Below are positions 37,862 through 43,832 of a stretch of DNA of 43,832 bases, piece by piece. The stretch is taken from positions 1 to 43,832 of the IMG/VR virus record IMGVR_UViG_3300037797_000034; one strand, 5' to 3'. Numbering within the stretch: the stretch's first letter is position 1; every line of letters starts with the position of its first letter. The translations under genes were made by a program, and so were the position numbers. Origin of the DNA: a virus (taxonomy: Duplodnaviria > Caudoviricetes). Under the pieces are notes generated by a model. That model was not told the DNA's origin. It did no database searches and saw only the letters and a list, made by a program, of their open reading frames with translations.

Positions 37862-38869
37862 GTGACGAACGTACTTATCACCGGTGGTGCCGGGTTCGCC
37901 GGCCACCACCTGGTGGAGCACCTCCTGGAGACCACCGACTGGGATCTGGTGGTCCTGGACTCGCTTACCTATGCCGGCCGTACGGATCGGCTTACCGACT
38001 GCGCCGGATACGACCCGGCCCGGGTGCGGTTGCTGTGGCACGACCTGCGAGCCCCGATCCACCCCCACCTGGACGAGCAGATCGGCGACGTCGACGCCGT
38101 GCTGCATCTGGCCGCCGAGTCCCACGTCGACCGGTCCATCACGGATCCGGGCCCGTTCGTGCGAAACAACGTGGACGCGACGCTGAACCTGCTTGAATGG
38201 GCGCGCACCCGGACCTTGACCCACTTCGTGCAGGTCTCCACCGACGAGGTGTACGGCCCGGCGCGCGAGGGTCAGCGTCACGTTGAGTGGGATCCGCACT
38301 TGCCGTCGAATCCGTACGCGGCTTCGAAGTCGGCGCAGGAGGCCCTGGCGATCGCCTGGTGGCGCACCTACGGCGTGCCGGTGGTCATCTCGAACACAAT
38401 GAACATGTACGGGGAGCGGCAGCACCCCGAGAAGTTCGTCCCCAAGGTCCTACGCGCCGCACTGAGCGGCGAACAGATGAATCTGCACGCCCGGGTAGCC
38501 CCCGACGGCTGGGAGCCCTCGGCGAGGCACTGGCTGCACGCCCGCAACCACGCCGACGCGCTGCGCTGGATGATCGCCGAGACCACCCCGGCCGCGTACC
38601 CCGCCGCAGACCGGCCCGACCGCTGGCATGTGGCCGGCGAGGAGTTGGACGTGTTGCAGATGGCCGAGCGGATCGCCGCCGCTGCCGGTCGACCGCTGCG
38701 GTACGAGTTCGTGGACTACCACGCGTCACGGCCCGGTCACGACCATCGGTACGCGCTGGACCCGTCGAAGGTGCACGCCGCCGGGTGGAAACCGCCGATC
38801 GGCGTGCACGAGTCACTGGAGCGGACGGTCCGGTGGGCGATGGCCCACCCGGAATGGCTGCGCGACTAA
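37862..38869 (+). CDS. rfbB: dTDP-glucose 4,6-dehydratase-like SDR
   Basis: TGGAGFAG, HLAAESHVDRSI, STDEVYG, PYAASK, RPGHDHRY. Confidence 0.88.
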   Translation: MTNVLITGGAGFAGHHLVEHLLETTDWDLVVLDSLTYAGRTDRLTDCAGYDPARVRLLWHDLRAPIHPHLDEQIGDVDAVLHLAAESHVDRSITDPGPFVRNNVDATLNLLEWARTRTLTHFVQVSTDEVYGPAREGQRHVEWDPHLPSNPYAASKSAQEALAIAWWRTYGVPVVISNTMNMYGERQHPEKFVPKVLRAALSGEQMNLHARVAPDGWEPSARHWLHARNHADALRWMIAETTPAAYPAADRPDRWHVAGEELDVLQMAERIAAAAGRPLRYEFVDYHASRPGHDHRYALDPSKVHAAGWKPPIGVHESLERTVRWAMAHPEWLRD

Positions 38870-38878
38870 GGGGTATAG

Positions 38879-39508
38879 ATGCCGAACCTGTACGCCACCC
38901 CCGAAGAACTCAAGGCCCGTTTCAGCATCGGCGACAACTTCGAGGACACGATGGTCGAGTCGGCGCTGGACTCGGCGTCGCGGGCCATCGACCAGCACTG
39001 CCAGCGCATCTTCTATACGACGGCATCCACCACGGCGACGTTCGTTGCCACGGACCGGTACCGCGTCAAGCTCGCTGATACCGACGTGTGGGTTGGCGAC
39101 CTCGTCACGGTCACCAGCCTCAAGACCGACGCCGCCGGCGACGGGACGTTCGAGACGACGTGGGCCGCGACGGACTACCAACTGTGGCCGGCGAACGCGG
39201 CCAGCGGCCCGGAGGCGCGGCCCTACTCCGAGGTGCGTGCGGTCGGGGCGAATCTGTTCCCGGTGCCGTACAGCCGGTCGCAGCGCGCAGACCGGGTGCA
39301 GATCGTCGGCACGTTCGGCTGGCCCACCGCGCCGCCGTCGGCGGTGAAGGAAGCCTGCCTGATGCTGGCTGCTGAGCTGTTCAAGCTCAAGGACGCCCCG
39401 TTCGGGATCGCCGGCGTCTCTGATTTCGGCGTGGTGCGGATCCGGGAGAACCCGAAGGTCGCCTCGTTGCTGATGCCGTATCAGCGGTTCTCGGTGCTGG
39501 TGGGCTGA
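38879..39508 (+). CDS. Head-tail adaptor
   Basis: YATPEELK...ASRAID...FGW..P..VKEACL. Confidence 0.8.
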   Translation: MPNLYATPEELKARFSIGDNFEDTMVESALDSASRAIDQHCQRIFYTTASTTATFVATDRYRVKLADTDVWVGDLVTVTSLKTDAAGDGTFETTWAATDYQLWPANAASGPEARPYSEVRAVGANLFPVPYSRSQRADRVQIVGTFGWPTAPPSAVKEACLMLAAELFKLKDAPFGIAGVSDFGVVRIRENPKVASLLMPYQRFSVLVG

Positions 39509-39906
39509 TGGCCACGGTGCAGGAGATCCGCGAGGGCATCGACGACCGGCTCGCCACCATCGCCGACTTGCGGCACAGTCCCGTCGTGCCGGGGGTCGTC
39601 AACCCGCCGCACGCGTTCGTCAAGCGTCGTCAGACCACGTTCGGCGTATCCATGGACGGCGAGGACGACGTAACGTTCGCGGTCACCGTCCTGGTGTCGT
39701 GGGCCGACCAGACGACCGCCCAAGAGTCTCTCGACGAATACCTGGCGTCGACCGGGGCCAAATCCATCAAGGCCGCCATCGACGCCGACCCTACGCTTGG
39801 CGACATCGTCGACTTCGCGCACGCGACGATCGTTGAGGACGAGCGGATCACGGCGTTCTACGGCGTCGACTACCTGGCCGCAGACATCGTCGTCGAGGTG
39901 GGCTGA
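39508..39906 (+). CDS. Tail terminator/neck protein
   Basis: Synteny; size; DPTLG motif. Confidence 0.7.
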   Translation: MATVQEIREGIDDRLATIADLRHSPVVPGVVNPPHAFVKRRQTTFGVSMDGEDDVTFAVTVLVSWADQTTAQESLDEYLASTGAKSIKAAIDADPTLGDIVDFAHATIVEDERITAFYGVDYLAADIVVEVG

Positions 39907-40928
39907 TGCGCTGGGTTGTGTGCCACCCCGGCCCCGCGTTCAGCGTCCACGACGTGTACGCAGGCTGGATCGAGGCCCTTGAGGAGCTCGGCCAGCAGGT
40001 GCAGATCTTCAACCTCGAGGACCGGCTCACCTTCTACGACGCGGCCTACTTCAACGTTGCCGAAGGTTCGTTCCGCAAGGCCGTCCCCCCGGAGCAGGCC
40101 GTCGAGCTCGCGGTCAACGGGCTGTACGCGCCGCTGTACCGGTTCCGCCCGCACGTGCTGCTGATCGTCTCGGCGTTCCTGATTCCGACCGAGTTGATGG
40201 ACCTGGCCCGTGCCTACGGCACCAAGGTCGTGGTCCTGCACACCGAGGCCCCGTACGAGGACACCCGCCAGCTCGACGTTGCCGCGCACGCCGACCTGAA
40301 CCTGCTCAACGACCCGGTGAACATCGACCGCTACCGGGCCGTGGCGCCGACCGAGTACATGCCGCACGCCTACCGGCCGAAGCTGCACCGCCACGGCCCG
40401 ATGGACAAGGACCTGGCCGCGGACCTGGCGTTCGTCGGGACCGGGTTCGAGTCGCGCATCGAGTTCTTCGAGGCCATGAACCTCGACGGGCTGGATGTGC
40501 TGCTCGCCGGGAACTGGCAGCGGCTCTCCGAGGATTCTCCGCTGCGCAAGTACGTGGCGCACGACATCAAGCAGTGCGTGGACAACTCCGAGGGCGTGCG
40601 GATCTACCAGTCGGCCAAGCTGGGGTTGAACCTGTACCGCCGCGAAACCGTGGACGGCGACTCGCACGCCGGCTGGGCGATGGGTCCGCGCGAGGTCGAG
40701 ATGGCCGCGGTCGGGTTGCCGTTCCTACGCGACCCCCGCGGCGAGGGCGACGAGGTGCTGCCGATGCTGCCCCGGTTCGACTCGCCGGACGAGGCGGCCG
40801 AACTGACCCACTGGTGGCTGAACCATGAAGGACTTCGGGCCGAGGCCGCACGGCAGGCCCGGGAAGCGATCGCCGACCGGACGTTCGCGAGTAATGCTAA
40901 GGAGTTACTCCGACTGCTTGACGCGTAA
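39906..40928 (+). CDS. GT-B glycosyltransferase (CgeB/Glyco_trans_1_2-like)
   Basis: DLAFVGT, YQSAKLGLN, PREVEMAAVG. Confidence 0.82.
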   Translation: MRWVVCHPGPAFSVHDVYAGWIEALEELGQQVQIFNLEDRLTFYDAAYFNVAEGSFRKAVPPEQAVELAVNGLYAPLYRFRPHVLLIVSAFLIPTELMDLARAYGTKVVVLHTEAPYEDTRQLDVAAHADLNLLNDPVNIDRYRAVAPTEYMPHAYRPKLHRHGPMDKDLAADLAFVGTGFESRIEFFEAMNLDGLDVLLAGNWQRLSEDSPLRKYVAHDIKQCVDNSEGVRIYQSAKLGLNLYRRETVDGDSHAGWAMGPREVEMAAVGLPFLRDPRGEGDEVLPMLPRFDSPDEAAELTHWWLNHEGLRAEAARQAREAIADRTFASNAKELLRLLDA

Positions 40929-41501
40929 GGCATCTGCTCGGGCATAGCCACCCTTACGTCCGGCAGCACTCCGTTGTTCGCGTATCTGCTCGGTGACCAC
41001 AATCCGCCCGTTGTTCTCAGCTTGACTGACGAGTTCCATGTGAGCTGGGTTTACGCAACGTCGGGTGCGGCAGAGGTGATCGATCACCAGGGATAAGGGG
41101 ATGGCGCCGTGCTCAAAAATGTATGCCACTCGGTGTGCCGACTGAGTGCGACCTAACCACCAAAAGTTCCCATAGCCGGTGTTGCTGCTGACCCCACCAA
41201 GCCAAAGCCAGCAGGCATCTGGCCCACCAGAGCGATCCACCTTGGTCCAGAAGCGGATTTCATCGGGAGCTGTAGCTATCGGCTGTTCCAGCCGTCCGAT
41301 CTTTGTTAGTCGCTGGTAGTGCATCGCGCATAGCCCGCGAGCCTCGTGGTCGCGGCCGCAGTTCTCGACGGCACATTCGGTAGGCCGCAGTGAAAGCGGC
41401 GGCAACGTGCCGTGTCGACGTCGATACGCGTAATGAGTTCCACATAGACCCCGCCCGCGTGCCGGGCGGTCGCAGTCAGATTCAGAGCAGGTAGCCCGCA
41501 T
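40905..41501 (-). CDS. Free-standing HNH endonuclease, opposite strand
   Basis: Two GLCxxHY repeats; RFWTKV; CWLW; AHRVAY; DHLCRTRRCVNPAH; lower GC. Confidence 0.9.
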   Translation of the reverse strand: MRATCSESDCDRPARGRGLCGTHYAYRRRHGTLPPLSLRPTECAVENCGRDHEARGLCAMHYQRLTKIGRLEQPIATAPDEIRFWTKVDRSGGPDACWLWLGGVSSNTGYGNFWWLGRTQSAHRVAYIFEHGAIPLSLVIDHLCRTRRCVNPAHMELVSQAENNGRIVVTEQIREQRSAAGRKGGYARADALRVKQSE

Positions 41502-41521
41502 GAGGCTACTCTACCGAAGGA

Positions 41522-41929
41522 GTGGTCAAAATCGCACGCATACACGGCCGGAACGGCAGGGTCTACCTCAACCTGGCGTCCGGCGGCACCGCTGAACCAG
41601 TTGCGTACCTGAACAGCTGGACCATCAACTTCGCCACCGAGAAGGCGGACGTAACCGCGTTCGGCGATGCCAACAAGGTCTATGTCGCCGGCCTGCCCGA
41701 CTCGTCCGGAGACTTCTCCGGGTTCTACGACGACGCCACCGTGCAGACCTACACGGCCGCACTGGACGGGCTGCCCCGCAAGTTCTACCTGTACCCGTCC
41801 ACCAACACCAACACGCAGTACTTCTTCGGCGAGATTCTGCCGGACATGAACATCAACGCCACCGTCAACGGTGCGGTCGAGATCTCCGCATCCTGGAACG
41901 CTTCGAGCGCCATCACCAAGCAGGGCTGA
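41522..41929 (+). CDS. Major tail (tube) protein
   Basis: AAGGAG RBS; DVTAFGD..K.YVAGLPD. Confidence 0.82.
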   Translation: MVKIARIHGRNGRVYLNLASGGTAEPVAYLNSWTINFATEKADVTAFGDANKVYVAGLPDSSGDFSGFYDDATVQTYTAALDGLPRKFYLYPSTNTNTQYFFGEILPDMNINATVNGAVEISASWNASSAITKQG

Positions 41930-42387
41930 TGATCGAAGTCCGGGTGGTCGACACCGAGGACTTCATCGCGCTGTCGCGCGCGCTGCGCAAGGTCGGGTCC
42001 CGGGAACTCAAGAGCGAGCTCACGAGGGGCATCACGGCTGCGTCGAAGCCGTTGAAGAAGGCGGCGAAGGATTCAGCGCGTTCGATTCTGCCGTCTCGCG
42101 GCGGGTTGGGCCGTCGGGTCGCCCGCACGTCGTTGCCGCACAAGCGCCGCACCACCGGCGCCGCCGCTGGCATTCGCATCGAGGCCAAGTCGAATGCGGT
42201 GGCGGACCCGTTTCGCATCGACCGGGGCCGGGTGGCGCACCCGGTGTTCGGCCGTGGCCCGTTCGTGTTCCAGAACGTGCCGTCGGGCTGGTTCACCGAC
42301 CCGATGGAGTCCGGCGGGCCTGTGGTGCGCAAGGAGCTGCTGATCGTGATGGAACGGGTCGCGAACAAGTTGGCGAGGTCGATTTGA
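41929..42387 (+). CDS. HK97 gp10-like neck protein
   Basis: Basic; HPVFG motif; synteny. Confidence 0.65.
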   Translation: MIEVRVVDTEDFIALSRALRKVGSRELKSELTRGITAASKPLKKAAKDSARSILPSRGGLGRRVARTSLPHKRRTTGAAAGIRIEAKSNAVADPFRIDRGRVAHPVFGRGPFVFQNVPSGWFTDPMESGGPVVRKELLIVMERVANKLARSI

Positions 42388-42710
42388 ACAAGATCAAGGT
42401 CGTCTACCTGGACGGGGCCGAGCAGGAGACGACGGCCGGCGCTCGTGCCGAGGTGGAGTTTGAGCGCAAGTTCGAGATGGCCTTCGCCGATGCGTTCCAC
42501 CCCCGCGTGAAGGGCGAGCCACGTGGCCGGCAGGAGTGGCTGTACTACCTGACCTGGATCAGCTTGAAGCTCGGGAGCCTTGTCGGCGACGACGAAGAGT
42601 TCGAGACGTGGCTCGACCGCGTCGACGACATTGAAGTGTTGGGCGGGTCGGCCGAGGACCCTACGAAGCGGGATCGACGACCCGCGAAATCGTCGAACTC
42701 AGCATCCTGA
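42384..42710 (+). CDS. Tail assembly chaperone; probable -1 frameshift extends it to 42796
   Basis: Upstream of the tape measure; EDPT at GGACCCT 42656-42662; -1 frame open to 42796. Confidence 0.7.
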   Translation: MNKIKVVYLDGAEQETTAGARAEVEFERKFEMAFADAFHPRVKGEPRGRQEWLYYLTWISLKLGSLVGDDEEFETWLDRVDDIEVLGGSAEDPTKRDRRPAKSSNSAS

Positions 42711-42762
42711 CGCACGTCCCGTTCGATGACCTGCTGGCCATGGACGAGCGGGTGCGGGCGAC

Positions 42763-43032
42763 CTACTTGGACGTTGTGCGTGGGCGGCGGGCGTGATCTT
42801 GTGCAGATGCCGGCGTCCAGTTGGCGCCGACGAATCCGCCGAACAACCCTCCAGTGACCATCGCCAGTGTGAACTCACCGATGGTGCTGTAGCTCGCGTA
42901 AGCCGCTAGCAAGATTCCCAGGATGACACCAAGGAAGCTGAACACGGCCACATTGGTGCGGCGCTGAGTCATCGAGTCCCCCTTCTTCTGCTTCCAGCGT
43001 ACGTCTAGTTCGGCGAGTTGCCAATAGGTCAT
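42763..43032 (-). CDS. Small membrane protein, opposite strand
   Basis: Two TM segments; lower GC. Confidence 0.5.
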   Translation of the reverse strand: MTYWQLAELDVRWKQKKGDSMTQRRTNVAVFSFLGVILGILLAAYASYSTIGEFTLAMVTGGLFGGFVGANWTPASAQDHARRPRTTSK

Positions 43033-43053
43033 AGGTCACATCGGAGGTGAGCA

Positions 43054-43832
43054 GTGCCCGCGCTCAACTTCGACATCATCGCCCGCGATAGGGCGAGCAA
43101 GGTTTTCGACCAGATCGGCTCCAAGTCGGCTAAGACCGAGCAGAACCTGTCGAAGCTCGGCTCGGGTTCTAGCGCGATATTCGGCAAGATCACCGGCGCT
43201 CTGGCAGGCGTGGTGACTGGCTGGCAGGCTTGGGACAAGGTCATGGTCGGCGGGTTCAACCGACTCGCGAACCTGGATGACGCCCGTAAGCGAATGGACT
43301 CGATGGGTTTGTCGACGGCCGAGACCGAGGGCCTGATGGCCGGGCTATCCGACACGGTCACCGGGACCGCGTTCGCGTTGGATGAGGGCGCGCAGATCAT
43401 GGCGCAGTTCATCTCTGCCGGCACCGACCTGGACGAGGTCAACAGTCGCCTTGAGATGACCGCTGATACGGCGGCGTTCGCCCAGCAGCCGCTGAAAGAG
43501 ATCGGCATGATCTTCGCCGAGATCCAGACTCAGGGGAAGCTCACCGCCGGAGAGATCGGCATGCTGCAGGAGCGCGGCGTCCCGGCGCTCGTGCTGTTGG
43601 CGGACGCTGCGGGCGTCACCGCCGAGGCGATGAAGGACATGATCTCGCGCGGCGAGATCGACGCCGAACGGTTCTTCGAGCTCTGGGAAGCCGGCTCGCA
43701 AGGCTTCGGCGAGAACAACATCAAGATCGAGGGCGCCGCCCAGTCGATGGGCGACACGGTCCGCGGTGCGCTGGCCAATGCGGAGACCGCGCTGGCCAGG
43801 GTTGGCGCGGCGCTTCTGGACGACTTCGTGCC
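43054..43832 (+). CDS. Tape measure protein, N-terminal part
   Basis: GGAGG RBS; FDIIARDRAS; tape-measure domain (GTAFALDE...QGKLTAGEIGMLQERGVP). Confidence 0.9.
   Translation, partial: MPALNFDIIARDRASKVFDQIGSKSAKTEQNLSKLGSGSSAIFGKITGALAGVVTGWQAWDKVMVGGFNRLANLDDARKRMDSMGLSTAETEGLMAGLSDTVTGTAFALDEGAQIMAQFISAGTDLDEVNSRLEMTADTAAFAQQPLKEIGMIFAEIQTQGKLTAGEIGMLQERGVPALVLLADAAGVTAEAMKDMISRGEIDAERFFELWEAGSQGFGENNIKIEGAAQSMGDTVRGALANAETALARVGAALLDDFV
43710..43832. repeat. Terminal direct repeat, copy 2
   Basis: Same as 1-123 with 1 mismatch. Confidence 0.95.

Larger units (their letters stand above)
1..43832. mobile_element. Complete temperate actinobacteriophage (HK97-type head, siphovirus tail)
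   Basis: Terminase, portal, protease, capsid, tail tube, tape measure, endolysin, holin, integrase, repressor and WhiB are all present; circular overlap. Confidence 0.95.

Overview
The window is an apparently complete, circularly assembled temperate siphovirus genome from a high-GC actinobacterial host. It is about 43.7 kb: bases 1-123 repeat at 43710-43832 and the tape-measure gene spans the junction. Modules in order: tail, lysis, accessory tail, a leftward lysogeny arm (GT2 plus LPxTG peptide, tyrosine integrase, repressor), an early rightward operon, replication/recombination, HNH-terminase-portal-protease-HK97 capsid, a large glycosylation cluster inside the head-tail operon, then neck/tail genes. 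The standout is 14827-16801, directly after the cro-like gene. A Cas7/RAMP-like gene and a partner gene are interleaved with three arrays of (NN+GGY-like) pentamers, divided into 13 units by GGC-A-GGY/GTC linkers. Reading only the NN dinucleotides as a gapped NNx code gives recognisable targets: an ImmA/IrrE-type HExxH motif, tyrosine-integrase motifs, a tRNA T-arm/att-like site, and a homolog of the adjacent ORF. This points to a non-contiguous RNA-guided system aimed at competing mobile elements. All calls come from reading the sequence by eye; no searches were run.
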